DNA of 64,000 nt. Origin: Fibrobacterales bacterium (lineage in GTDB: Bacteria > Fibrobacterota > Fibrobacteria > Fibrobacterales > JAOPTW01). The notes beneath the pieces are model-generated. The model was not told the origin of the DNA. It did no database searches and saw only the letters and a list, made by a program, of their open reading frames with translations. The translations under genes were made by a program, and so were the position numbers. Location: positions 1 to 64,000 of the forward strand of contig JAOPTX010000025.1 of assembly GCA_051532055.1 (NCBI GenBank), read 5' to 3'. Shown piece by piece: positions 51,119 through 61,017 of this stretch. Numbering within the stretch: the first letter of the stretch is position 1; each line of letters begins with the position of its first letter.

Positions 51119-52948
51119 ATGAAGAGATGCTTCTTATTAGTACTCCTCTCTTTGTTGTCGTTATTTGTGATGAATTGCGGCAAAGTTAAAGAGAGTGATT
51201 CCAAATACCCTCGATCAGAATGCCTTTTTATTGGTGGCTCTCAATGGGGTGAAGCTACAACTTTTAATCCTCTCAGTGATTGGCCGGCATGGCCCAGCAA
51301 TGGTCAAGTTAATTTGGTTTATGAATCTCTTTTGATGTTTAATATGCTCACGGGAGAGGTTGAACCACTGTTGGCGCAAAGTTATTCCCATGAGAAAAAT
51401 GGAATTAGTGTAATTCTCAATCCTTATGCTCATTGGAATGATGGGAAACCAGTGACGGCAAAAGATGTGAAGTTTTCTTTTGAAATTGGTCAGCGCTATA
51501 AAAATGTTCCTGTGAGTCATGTCTGGGATTACATATCAGAAATAGACATAGAGCAACTTGGGTTAAAGAGAAAGAATTTTGATGAGCCCGACAAAACCTT
51601 TGATGCAATAGTTATTGATAGCCTGAATCCATATAAACTGACCTTTGTGGTTAATAAAAGCCGAAATAACCCTTTGATTGTCATGGATATTTTAGGGGGT
51701 ACTAATATAATTCCCGAACATATTTTTGGAGTAATGTTAACAGAGGCTTCTGGCGATATAAGTGTAGTTAAGCAAAATCGACTGGATAATAGTCCTGTGG
51801 GTTCAGGTCCATACAAAATTTTTGAAGAGTCTCCAGAAAAGATAGTACTAATACGTGACCCTAACTATTGGGGGAATAAAGTACTATATAATGGAAAGCT
51901 GCCCGCCCCCAAATATATTATCCACCCTATATACAAATCAAATGATCACTACAGCTTGGCACTTCAACAAGGAAACCTTGATATTTCAGAGACATTTATA
52001 CCACGCATATGGTTGAAAGAGCGTAAAGGAGTTAAAGCGTGGTTTCCGGAGCCTCCTTATTTTATTGCAGGTTCTATGCCAATGTTTGTGCCTAATGTGA
52101 CCCGTAAACCACTCGATGATATTCAGTTTAGACGGGCCATGGCCTTTGCAATTAATTATGCTGATATCAGAGATCTTGCAGTTTCGGGATATAGTGATTC
52201 ACTGAGTTCTGGTTTGATCCTTCCCTTTGGAAATGAAGCGCGTTATTTTCATAAAGGTGATGCAGACAGCTTGGGAGTCCGCTTTGATATTGGTGAAGCA
52301 AAAAAGATTTTAGCTGAAGCGGGTTATCGGTCGACATTTAATTCAAAAGGTGAGCTAGAAGAGATGCGGGGGCCTGATGGCTCCGTTATTCCAACGCTCT
52401 ATATTCAATCACCGGTTGGATGGTCAGATTGGGAATCTATCGTTCGAATAGCGGTTAAGAGTATGCGTGAAGCAGGCATAGATATCCGTCAAAAATTTAT
52501 TGATGCCTCTCTTTTTTATGGTGATAGGCCTCTGGGGAAATTCGACGTTATGCTGGATAATCCTGCTCCTGACATTATCCCTTCTCGGCCTTGGTCTCGA
52601 TTTGAAACCGTTTGTGGTGCACGAGACTGGCGTAAAGAAGGAGAACGTATGAGTCGTAATTATGGCAGATATAAAAATGCAATGCTCGATAGTATATTAA
52701 ATGTAATTCCGACTCTTACTGATACTATAGCCCTAAAACAATCTTATAGAGTACTCAATCAAATTGTGATGAAAGAGCTCCCTGTGTTACCAGTGGTGTA
52801 TCGTCCACAGATGTACTACGAATACAGTACGAAACACTGGAGTAACTTTCCGAACTCATCCAATCCTTATGCCCCGCCTTCTCAATTAGTACACGCGGCA
52901 GGGATCAAAGCGCTTTGGCAGATTAAATCCGTGAAGGAGACCAAGTAG
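51119..52948 (+). CDS. ABC transporter substrate-binding lipoprotein, family 5 (Opp/Dpp-like, probably oligosaccharide-binding)
   Basis: Lipobox VMNC; WNDGKPVTAKDVKFSF, PVGSGPY, FRRAMAFAIN, GWSDW. Confidence 0.88.
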   Translation: MKRCFLLVLLSLLSLFVMNCGKVKESDSKYPRSECLFIGGSQWGEATTFNPLSDWPAWPSNGQVNLVYESLLMFNMLTGEVEPLLAQSYSHEKNGISVILNPYAHWNDGKPVTAKDVKFSFEIGQRYKNVPVSHVWDYISEIDIEQLGLKRKNFDEPDKTFDAIVIDSLNPYKLTFVVNKSRNNPLIVMDILGGTNIIPEHIFGVMLTEASGDISVVKQNRLDNSPVGSGPYKIFEESPEKIVLIRDPNYWGNKVLYNGKLPAPKYIIHPIYKSNDHYSLALQQGNLDISETFIPRIWLKERKGVKAWFPEPPYFIAGSMPMFVPNVTRKPLDDIQFRRAMAFAINYADIRDLAVSGYSDSLSSGLILPFGNEARYFHKGDADSLGVRFDIGEAKKILAEAGYRSTFNSKGELEEMRGPDGSVIPTLYIQSPVGWSDWESIVRIAVKSMREAGIDIRQKFIDASLFYGDRPLGKFDVMLDNPAPDIIPSRPWSRFETVCGARDWRKEGERMSRNYGRYKNAMLDSILNVIPTLTDTIALKQSYRVLNQIVMKELPVLPVVYRPQMYYEYSTKHWSNFPNSSNPYAPPSQLVHAAGIKALWQIKSVKETK

Positions 52949-54025
52949 ATGAACCCTACCCTACGCTATATTTTTCAAAGGGGCCTTTGGTATATTGCAA
53001 CTTTTATTATTGCAACGATCGTCACTTTTATTCTTCCTCGCATGAGTGAAAAAGACCCCTATGATAGTCTTCTTGCTAAGGCAACCGCAAATTTAGAGAC
53101 TGAGGCCGCTCAAGAGAAGGAAGAAGCCTATTTATTAGAATTTGAAGTACTCCAAACGGTGACAGTCCGTGACTCTATCACTGGTGAGGCTCGTGAAGTT
53201 ATTTTACGAGATGAGGATGGAATACCACTGAGAAAGACACTGGTTCAGCAGTTTGTACAATATTTCGGAATGATTCTGTCTGGTGATCTTGGACTCTCAA
53301 TTGCAAAATATCCAAAGCGAGTTTATGAAATACTGAGCGAGTCAATACCATGGACCCTTGCCATTCAAGTGCCGACAATATTACTTGGCTGGCTTGTTGG
53401 TAATCTATTAGGAGCACTTGCGGCCTACAAACGAGGTATATTTGATAACCTCTTTTATCCATTCTCTCAGTTTACCAGTTCAATACCCGCCTTTAGTTTT
53501 GCTATTTTACTTGTCTATATTTTTGGTATAGAGCTTGAGTGGTTTCCAGCAATTGGAGCCTATTCTGATGCCTTGACTCCAGAGTGGAGTTGGGTGTTTT
53601 TCGAAAATGTTGCAGCGCACTATACCCTCCCCTTTATGTCAGTATTTCTCGGTGTTGTAGGAAGTCAGGCAATAGGCATGCGTTCAATGTGTATCTATGA
53701 GCTGGGTACTGATTATATACGGTATGCAAAGCAGCTCGGTGTGTCAGAGAAAAAAATACTCTATTACACTTTCAGAAATGCAATACTACCCCAACTGACT
53801 GGCCTTGCTATTGCCCTTGGGGTAATGATTTCTGGGGCAGTATTAGTAGAGATGATTTTTTCTTACCCTGGTGTTGGCATGGCCCTGCTTAATGCAACCA
53901 TATCATTTGATACCCCGGTCATTCAAGCAAGTGCGTTACTTATTACCTGTGCAGTACTGATAGCAAACTTTACGGTTGATATTCTTCTTGGCTTTTTAGA
54001 TCCACGTATTAAAGCGGGTCAATAG
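52949..54025 (+). CDS. ABC permease (OppB-like)
   Basis: [34 protein letters not shown]. Confidence 0.9.
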   Translation: MNPTLRYIFQRGLWYIATFIIATIVTFILPRMSEKDPYDSLLAKATANLETEAAQEKEEAYLLEFEVLQTVTVRDSITGEAREVILRDEDGIPLRKTLVQQFVQYFGMILSGDLGLSIAKYPKRVYEILSESIPWTLAIQVPTILLGWLVGNLLGALAAYKRGIFDNLFYPFSQFTSSIPAFSFAILLVYIFGIELEWFPAIGAYSDALTPEWSWVFFENVAAHYTLPFMSVFLGVVGSQAIGMRSMCIYELGTDYIRYAKQLGVSEKKILYYTFRNAILPQLTGLAIALGVMISGAVLVEMIFSYPGVGMALLNATISFDTPVIQASALLITCAVLIANFTVDILLGFLDPRIKAGQ

Positions 54026-54033
54026 GAGTATAT

Positions 54034-54870
54034 ATGAAAATATTTTCGCAACTTACAAAAAGTCCTCTTTTTATTATTGGCTCCATTATTCTCTCAATAG
54101 TTATGCTCATTGCACTTATTGGGCCATGGTTTACCGACGCTGATGCATTTACACGAGTGGGTCTCCCTTATGTAGGGCCAGAAAATGGGTTAATCCTTGG
54201 TACCAATGCCATGGGGAAAGATATGTGGGCGGTACTTGTAGCGGGGTTACGCTCATCACTCTATGTTGGGTTACTCGCAGGTAGTATCGCAACAGTGTTA
54301 GGGACACTCATTGGCATCTATAGTGGGTATAAGGGAGGCATTGTAGATAACCTTCTTACACTGGTCACAAATATGTTTATGACCATTCCTGTGTTTATTA
54401 TCCTGATCCTTATTAGTAATAGTTTAGAAAGCGGTCGATCATTAACGCTTATAGCAATTATGATTGGGCTTATGCAGTGGACCTGGACGGCACGTGCAGT
54501 TCGCTCACAAGCGGTAAGTCTAAAGAATAGAGATCATGTGAATCTTGCAAAGGTAAATGGCTACGGTACCTTCGCTATTGTAATTCAACATATTCTCCCC
54601 TACATAATGTCTTATGTATTTATGGTGTTTATTATACAGCTCAGCTCTGCAATTATGACTGAAGCAGGCTTGAGTATTATGGGCTTAGGGCCCTACGATT
54701 CAGAATCTCTCGGTAAAATATTACAAGATGCTATTGCAAATGAAGCGTTGACAGATGGGGCATGGTGGGCGTTTTTACCTGCGGTTATTCTTCTCACTCT
54801 GATACAATTTTCACTCTATATCATTAATACATCAATGGAAGGGGTATTTAATCCCCGTCTAAGAAAATAG
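54034..54870 (+). CDS. ABC permease (OppC-like)
   Basis: LGTNAMGKD, GLRSSLYVG, ARAVRSQ, HILP, FNPRLR. Confidence 0.9.
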   Translation: MKIFSQLTKSPLFIIGSIILSIVMLIALIGPWFTDADAFTRVGLPYVGPENGLILGTNAMGKDMWAVLVAGLRSSLYVGLLAGSIATVLGTLIGIYSGYKGGIVDNLLTLVTNMFMTIPVFIILILISNSLESGRSLTLIAIMIGLMQWTWTARAVRSQAVSLKNRDHVNLAKVNGYGTFAIVIQHILPYIMSYVFMVFIIQLSSAIMTEAGLSIMGLGPYDSESLGKILQDAIANEALTDGAWWAFLPAVILLTLIQFSLYIINTSMEGVFNPRLRK

Positions 54871-54878
54871 GAGGACCT

Positions 54879-55853
54879 ATGTCGGCAATATTTACAGTAG
54901 ATAATTTGGGTGCACACTATTTAACCCGTTTTGGCGTTAAGATACAGGCAGTTGATGGTGTTGATTTTGAGTTGCAGAAAGGTGATATTCTGGGAGTTGC
55001 CGGTGAATCAGGCTGCGGCAAGTCGACTCTAGTGAATGCATGTATGGGCCTTTATATGGCTCCACTCCATCATAGTTATGGCTCAGTAGCCCTGGGAGAT
55101 CAATCTATCACGGATATGAGCCAAGATCAGATTCGACGTGATATTCTCGCTAAAGAGATTGCTATCATTCCTCAAGGAGCGCTCAACTCTTTGAATCCAA
55201 CAAGAAAAATTAAAGACTTTGCGAGCGATGTGATGCAGTCACATCTTGGTAAGGTATCTAAGAAAGAGATTTTAGAACGATTGAGAGAACGATTCTCATT
55301 AATTGGACTTGATGCTGATAGAGTGCTTAATGCGTATCCGTGTGAAATACCTGCAGGGGTAAAACAACGGGTGGTTATTGGTATTTCGACGATTATGAAT
55401 CCAAAGGTTGTGATTGCTGATGAGCCAACCTCAGCCCTTGATGTATCGACTCAAAAGCAAGTGATATCACTTCTTTTCAATCTTATGGATAAAGAGATTA
55501 TATCATCTATGATCTTTATTACTCATGAGCTTCCCCTGTTGAGACATGTGGCAAATAAGATTGCCATTATGTATGCAGGTGAGTTTGTTGAAGTAGGAAG
55601 TACAGAACAGGTGATATTTAATCCAATACAGCCCTATACAAAAGCACTGATGGGTTCAATGATAGAACCTGAGGCTGGTCAAAAAGACCGGAAGCCTGAG
55701 GCCATAGAGGGTGCGCCACCGAATCTCGCAGATGAAACAGTTGGATGTCGTTTTGCTGATAGGTGCAAAATGGCAACGCCTGAATGTGAGACAGAGCGTC
55801 AAAGCTTAAGAACAGTACACGATAGATTGGTGAGGTGTAATTATGTCGGCTAA
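54879..55853 (+). CDS. ABC ATPase (OppD-like)
   Basis: GESGCGKST, IADEPTSALD, ITHE, C-terminal GCRFADRC. Confidence 0.9.
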   Translation: MSAIFTVDNLGAHYLTRFGVKIQAVDGVDFELQKGDILGVAGESGCGKSTLVNACMGLYMAPLHHSYGSVALGDQSITDMSQDQIRRDILAKEIAIIPQGALNSLNPTRKIKDFASDVMQSHLGKVSKKEILERLRERFSLIGLDADRVLNAYPCEIPAGVKQRVVIGISTIMNPKVVIADEPTSALDVSTQKQVISLLFNLMDKEIISSMIFITHELPLLRHVANKIAIMYAGEFVEVGSTEQVIFNPIQPYTKALMGSMIEPEAGQKDRKPEAIEGAPPNLADETVGCRFADRCKMATPECETERQSLRTVHDRLVRCNYVG

Positions 55854-56628
55854 TGGATATAAATTTCAGGCACGGGACTTGAGTTGTGTTTTTGGCTCAG
55901 GAAAAGGCGCTTTAGTAGCAGTTGATAATGTAAGCTTTAATATTAAAGACCAATCGATTGTCTCTATTGTTGGCGGCTCTGGCTGCGGGAAAACAGTTCT
56001 CGCAAAAATGTTATTAAATCTTCAGAAACCAACATCAGGTGAATTGCAGTATGATGGCAAAACCCTGAGTAATCCTAAAAACCACTGGAAATCAGTACAG
56101 TGTATTTTCCAAGACCCGTTTTCGGCGTTTAACCAATTTTTTAATGTTGAAAAACAGCTCAAGATGTCTTTTAACCTTTTTACGGTAAAACCATCGAAGA
56201 GTCAGCAGGATAAGATTGTACGTAAAGCACTTGAAGATGTAAACCTTAAACCTGATGAGTTCTTGAATAAATATCCGTTCGAGCTTTCAGGTGGACAGAT
56301 GCAACGATTGCTCATTGCGCGCATATTTATAATTAGACCACAAGTGTTGATAGCTGATGAGCCAACTTCGATGGTAGACGCTTGTTCTCGTTCCAATATT
56401 CTTGACTATCTTCTCAAGCTAAAAAAAGAACTGAAGATGACCATTGTATTTATTACCCATGATTTAGGCCTTGCCTACTATGTTTCAGATACGATTATGA
56501 TTATGGATAGTGGCAAAATTATAGAGCAGGGTGATCCTGATCAGGTGACTTTTCACCCTAAACATCCGAAGACTATTCAGCTTCTTGAAGATATTCCGCA
56601 GTTAAACCGAGAATGGATAAAGCACTAG
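55843..56628 (+). CDS. ABC ATPase (OppF-like)
   Basis: GGSGCGKT, ELSGGQMQR, IADEPTSMVD, ITHDL. Confidence 0.9.
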   Translation: MSANGYKFQARDLSCVFGSGKGALVAVDNVSFNIKDQSIVSIVGGSGCGKTVLAKMLLNLQKPTSGELQYDGKTLSNPKNHWKSVQCIFQDPFSAFNQFFNVEKQLKMSFNLFTVKPSKSQQDKIVRKALEDVNLKPDEFLNKYPFELSGGQMQRLLIARIFIIRPQVLIADEPTSMVDACSRSNILDYLLKLKKELKMTIVFITHDLGLAYYVSDTIMIMDSGKIIEQGDPDQVTFHPKHPKTIQLLEDIPQLNREWIKH

Positions 56629-56738
56629 GAATAGCACAGGCTCTGTACACTCCTTGATACTCAAAAGGATCTTGACATACTAGAGTATGCCGGCGATACT
56701 TTTTCGCACCAATGAGAGGTACATATCCTGCACTCTTC
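56629..56738. repeat. Palindromic intergenic element, divergent copy
   Basis: About 110-bp imperfect hairpin with central catac-taga-gtatg. Confidence 0.5.
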
Positions 56739-56893
56739 ATGTGAAATAACTAAGAAATTCTTGAATAAAATTAAGTTATAATTTTCAAATGAATTCTGTA
56801 TCAATGACGATTAGATCTATTGAACCTTACTTGTAATTTGCTTTGCTTTAGTTTTGAGATCCAAGGGGATCAGAACAGGGCGTTAGCTGGTAA

Positions 56894-57754
56894 TTATTTT
56901 TTCTGAGCTATGACGAAACGGTCATTTTCGGAGTAGTCTTTCTTTACTTCAATGAGTGAGATACCAATTGTTGACTCTATCAATTGGGTGAGAGCTTGTT
57001 TTTGATCATAGCCAATTTCTAGGACTATGAACCCCTCTTCCTTAAGAAAAGGAGATACTTCATTAAAAAACTGAGTATACCAATCGAGTCCAGTGGTTCC
57101 ACCATCAAGGGCAAGCATAGGGTCGTACTCTTTCACCTCTGGTTCAAGCTCGGTAATCACTTGGGATGTAATGTAAGGCGGATTTGATACAATAATATCA
57201 AAGGGCCTTTGAGTTTTTAATACTTCACTTGAGAAAAGGTCAGCTTGTAAAAAACGGATTGTGTCAGTTAAGTTATTCTGTATTGCATTTTCCTGAGCAA
57301 GGCTCAGCGCTTCATGAGAAATATCTGTTCCGGTGTATGTGTGGCCAGTGATCTCTTGTGCAATTGAAAGAATAATTGCACCAGTGCCCACTCCAATATC
57401 AAGTATTGAAAGGTGCTCTTTTTCTTTGGTTAATTCAGAAACAATATCAACAATACCTTCTGTATCAGGCCGAGGAATGAGGGCGCGATTATCGCATTTG
57501 AGGTCAAGGTTTCTAAACCCTGTTTTACCAACAATATGTTGCAAAGGCTCTCGATTGCCTCGACGACCTACAAGAGGGCGGAGTGCGGTAAGATCTTCTT
57601 CCTGAAGGGGTTGATCAAATTTGAGGTAGAGGTCCATGCGCTCCATACCAAGACCAAATGCAATGAGATGCTGCGCATCATACTTTGCATTATCGATACC
57701 TTTACTCTCAAAAAAAGAGGTAGTCTTATTGATGATCTCAAGTATAGTCGGCAT
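56894..57754 (-). CDS. prmC: Release factor glutamine methyltransferase
   Basis: REPLQHIVG, LIPRPDTE, LDIGVGTGAI, VSNPPY; adjacent to prfA. Confidence 0.93.
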   Translation of the reverse strand: MPTILEIINKTTSFFESKGIDNAKYDAQHLIAFGLGMERMDLYLKFDQPLQEEDLTALRPLVGRRGNREPLQHIVGKTGFRNLDLKCDNRALIPRPDTEGIVDIVSELTKEKEHLSILDIGVGTGAIILSIAQEITGHTYTGTDISHEALSLAQENAIQNNLTDTIRFLQADLFSSEVLKTQRPFDIIVSNPPYITSQVITELEPEVKEYDPMLALDGGTTGLDWYTQFFNEVSPFLKEEGFIVLEIGYDQKQALTQLIESTIGISLIEVKKDYSENDRFVIAQKK

Positions 57755-57756
57755 TA

Positions 57757-58833
57757 CTATCCAACATTCTCCATCTGACCGAGTTTTTCTTGTGATTCAG
57801 CAAGTTGGAGTGCATCAATCACCTCTTGAATATCACCATTGATAATCTGTTCAAGGCGATAGAGTGTAAGATTAATACGGTGATCGGTAAAACGACCTTG
57901 CGGGTAATTGTAGGTTCTGATTTTACCAGAACGGTCACCGGTTCCAACTTTTGATTTTCGTTCTGCAGCCTGGACTGCCTGAGCTTTTGCAATTTCTGCA
58001 TCAAGAATTCGTGAAGAGAGCTCTTTCATTGCTTTTGCTTTATTCTTGTGCTGAGATTTTTCATCCTGACAACTCACCACCACTCCAGTTGGAATGTGGG
58101 TAATGCGGATAGCAGAGTCTGTTTTATTCACGTGCTGACCACCTGCACCAGATGCGCGGTAGGTGTCAACTTTAAGATCAGCGGGGTTGATATCAATATC
58201 AACTTCTTCGGCTTCAGGGAGGACAGCTACGGTTGCAGCAGAAGTATGAACTCTACCCTGGCTCTCAGTTTCGGGCACCCGTTGAACGCGGTGGATACCA
58301 CTTTCAAACTTGAATGTTCCATAGGCTGAATTACCAGAAATATTGAGTTTTACCTCTTTATAGCCACCGGCAGTACCTTCACTTGCACTGAGAAGGGTTG
58401 TTTTAAAGCCTGCTTTTTCACAGTAGGCACGATACATACGCAATAGATCACCAGTAAAAATCGATGATTCATCACCACCTGCACCAGCACGGATTTCCAT
58501 GATAACATCTTTAGTATCATGAGGGTCTTTGGGTACGAGGAGGAATTGAAGGCGATCTTCCATTTCGGGAATTGCTTTTTCTAAACTTGAGAGTTCGGAT
58601 TTAGCCATATCAACCATTTCTTGGTCACTTCCATCTGAGAGTATCTCTTTCCAGTCAGTGCGTTCGTTGACCATCTCGATATACTTTTTTCCGGCAATGA
58701 CCGCTTCTTCAAGACTCTTGTAATTTTTGTTGAGTTTTGAAAATCGTGCCTGATCAGCTACCACATCGGGTTGGCCGAGCTCACTCTCAATTTCATCGTA
58801 TTTCTCTATTACTTTCTGTACTTTTTCAATCAT
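57757..58833 (-). CDS. prfA: Peptide chain release factor 1
   Basis: [10 protein letters not shown] (PxT motif), [18 protein letters not shown]. Confidence 0.97.
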   Translation of the reverse strand: MIEKVQKVIEKYDEIESELGQPDVVADQARFSKLNKNYKSLEEAVIAGKKYIEMVNERTDWKEILSDGSDQEMVDMAKSELSSLEKAIPEMEDRLQFLLVPKDPHDTKDVIMEIRAGAGGDESSIFTGDLLRMYRAYCEKAGFKTTLLSASEGTAGGYKEVKLNISGNSAYGTFKFESGIHRVQRVPETESQGRVHTSAATVAVLPEAEEVDIDINPADLKVDTYRASGAGGQHVNKTDSAIRITHIPTGVVVSCQDEKSQHKNKAKAMKELSSRILDAEIAKAQAVQAAERKSKVGTGDRSGKIRTYNYPQGRFTDHRINLTLYRLEQIINGDIQEVIDALQLAESQEKLGQMENVG

Positions 58834-59071
58834 GAGGGTAAAAATAGCTTTTTTTAAGGTATTTAGGAGTACTAATCGGTGATTGAAGTGAGTGTGTACT
58901 GGCCAATCTACCGAATTTCAGAAAATAGATGAGTAAAATAGTGGTAAGTTTTCTAAAAAATCGGTACACTCATTCTAGGTAGACTAAAGCACCTTGGGTA
59001 TAATGGAACAAATATGTCAAAGTGGTGTGTTATTTTACTTATGTTAATACTGAACTGCAAATTGTGGATAT

Positions 59072-59890
59072 GTGATGCTAAGAGAATTTGATATTAAAAA
59101 AATTTCGGATATAGCCTTAAAAAAGGTTACAGAGATTGATATAATCACGCCAAAAATTTTTGAAAAGACTTTTTTAGAAGTAGCTCAAGATCTTGGGTTT
59201 GATTCTGAAGCAGTACTTGATGGTAAAGTGAGTGATGACCTATTAGAAAATTCAATTTTGCAGTTAGAGGCATTTGATAAACAGACTCGAGAAAGTTTTG
59301 ATTCATTAAAAACTACCACGAGCACAGCTTCTACAGCGATGGTTAATAATGACCAGTCAGCTCTTAAGCAAGCTCAAACAGATATACAAAAACTTGAACA
59401 ACGGTTACAAGAACTTGAAAATGATATCCATGAAGATGCATTGACTGGGGCTTATAATAGAAAATGGCTCCGGGATGTTCTTTTAAATGATCAGCAATTT
59501 AAAGTGAAAGGTTCAATGGCATTAGTTGACCTAGATACCTTTAAAGAAGTGAATGATACTTATGGCCATTTGGTGGGTGATAAAGTTCTTTCTCTCATCT
59601 GTTACCTAATGAAAAAACTACAGACTATAGAAAACTCTATTCGAATTATTCGTTATGGAGGCGATGAGTTTTTGCTCTATTGTGAAAATCAAAATCTTTA
59701 TTTTCTTGAAACAGAGCTTGAAAAAATACGAGCTGAACTCAAAAAGAAGCCGGTAAAAACACAAGGTAACTCCTTTAATGTCTCTTTCTCATATGGCCTT
59801 ATTCAGATTGGTATTGGAGAGTCATTTGAAGAGGTGTTGGCAAAAGTTGATGAGCTCATGTATGCAGATAAGTCTAAAAATAGAGCTTAA
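59072..59890 (+). CDS. Diguanylate cyclase (GGDEF) with N-terminal coiled coil
   Basis: DALTGAYNR, DLDTFKEVNDTYGHLVGD, RYGGDEF, DELMYADK. Confidence 0.9.
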   Translation: MMLREFDIKKISDIALKKVTEIDIITPKIFEKTFLEVAQDLGFDSEAVLDGKVSDDLLENSILQLEAFDKQTRESFDSLKTTTSTASTAMVNNDQSALKQAQTDIQKLEQRLQELENDIHEDALTGAYNRKWLRDVLLNDQQFKVKGSMALVDLDTFKEVNDTYGHLVGDKVLSLICYLMKKLQTIENSIRIIRYGGDEFLLYCENQNLYFLETELEKIRAELKKKPVKTQGNSFNVSFSYGLIQIGIGESFEEVLAKVDELMYADKSKNRA

Positions 59891-59948
59891 GGCATGTTTT
59901 TAATAAGCTAGGAAACCTTTAGGCCTCACGATAAAAAAATGATGACCT

Positions 59949-60917
59949 CTAGTTTGAGAAAACCTTTTCTTCCAATTCTTTTAAGCTCCTCTCAGTAGAT
60001 ACTTTTAATGAAGAGGTATAAATATTGAATTTTTTGAGTGTGTCGGATGAGCATTTCACAGCATCTTTATCGGTTATCACAAAAATATCATCTGGATTTT
60101 TATTGCAATAACCCACTAACTTATCGGCGAAGATTCGACTGTGATTAGTAAGTGATATTATAGTGTCCACTCTGTAATTATTTTGTTGCAAGTGGCGTAC
60201 GAATCCACTATTATCAGCAATAGCAGTGATGACAGTGACTGCCAGATCTTCTGAAAGAGATTTCCCCTGTGCGTTAAGTGGTTTAGAGTTCTCTGCAAAA
60301 AACGAATACGTATCAAAGGCAGTCTGTTCTTGTGGAACTGAGTTATGACACCAAACTTCATTAATTGTAGAATGATCTTTGAGAAAACTCCTATGGCGAC
60401 CTATAGGGAGAATATCCTTGAGAGATGATGGAAATGGGTATTTTTGTAAGCAAATGGTATACGCTTCATCGAGTCTAGGGTCCTCAATACCACCGTCAGA
60501 AAGTATGAGGTCAAATCCCTGAGTAGATAAACTTTTCCAGCTCTTAAATCTATTTCGTGTGGCATAGACTGGAGAGGCATTGGTATTAGCGTGGATTTGA
60601 GCCTCATCTGAGCCGAATATTGAGGTAGCATGGGGAAGTACTCTTACATCACTTCCTTTGCCAGAATTATAGATATCATATGCGAGAATTGCGCAGGAGT
60701 AGCCGCTATTTGAAAAGTGTTGGCATAGGTATTGGGTGACAGGAGTTTTGTGTTCTCCCCCAGATGAGAGCCCTCCAATACGTAAAAGTGGGGTCAATGA
60801 TGTCTGCTTTTTTGGGGAACCCAAAAACAACTTTTTGTGTATTAGTGATGCCCCCCTATAGAGGAGAGCCAAAGGGTAGAGAACGAAAAATTTAAAAGAG
60901 GGGGATTTAAGGTCCAT
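59949..60917 (-). CDS. lpxK: Tetraacyldisaccharide 4'-kinase-like protein with degenerate motifs
   Basis: N-terminal LYPLALLY helix, IGGLSSGGEHKTP, GSDEA, LPIGRHR, ITDKDAVK. Confidence 0.65.
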   Translation of the reverse strand: MDLKSPSFKFFVLYPLALLYRGASLIHKKLFLGSPKKQTSLTPLLRIGGLSSGGEHKTPVTQYLCQHFSNSGYSCAILAYDIYNSGKGSDVRVLPHATSIFGSDEAQIHANTNASPVYATRNRFKSWKSLSTQGFDLILSDGGIEDPRLDEAYTICLQKYPFPSSLKDILPIGRHRSFLKDHSTINEVWCHNSVPQEQTAFDTYSFFAENSKPLNAQGKSLSEDLAVTVITAIADNSGFVRHLQQNNYRVDTIISLTNHSRIFADKLVGYCNKNPDDIFVITDKDAVKCSSDTLKKFNIYTSSLKVSTERSLKELEEKVFSN

Positions 60918-61017
60918 TTTTCAACAAATATGGTATAATAAATTACATTAACTAGTATACCTATTTCAAGTGGTTTTGTCCTTGTTCTGGGGTGTATTGC
61001 TGGTTTGAATTGGAAAA

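Noticed and set aside
58888..58972. Partial inverted repeats upstream of prfA and the GGDEF gene
   Set aside because: The arms are short and mutually inconsistent, so a riboswitch or operator cannot be supported.
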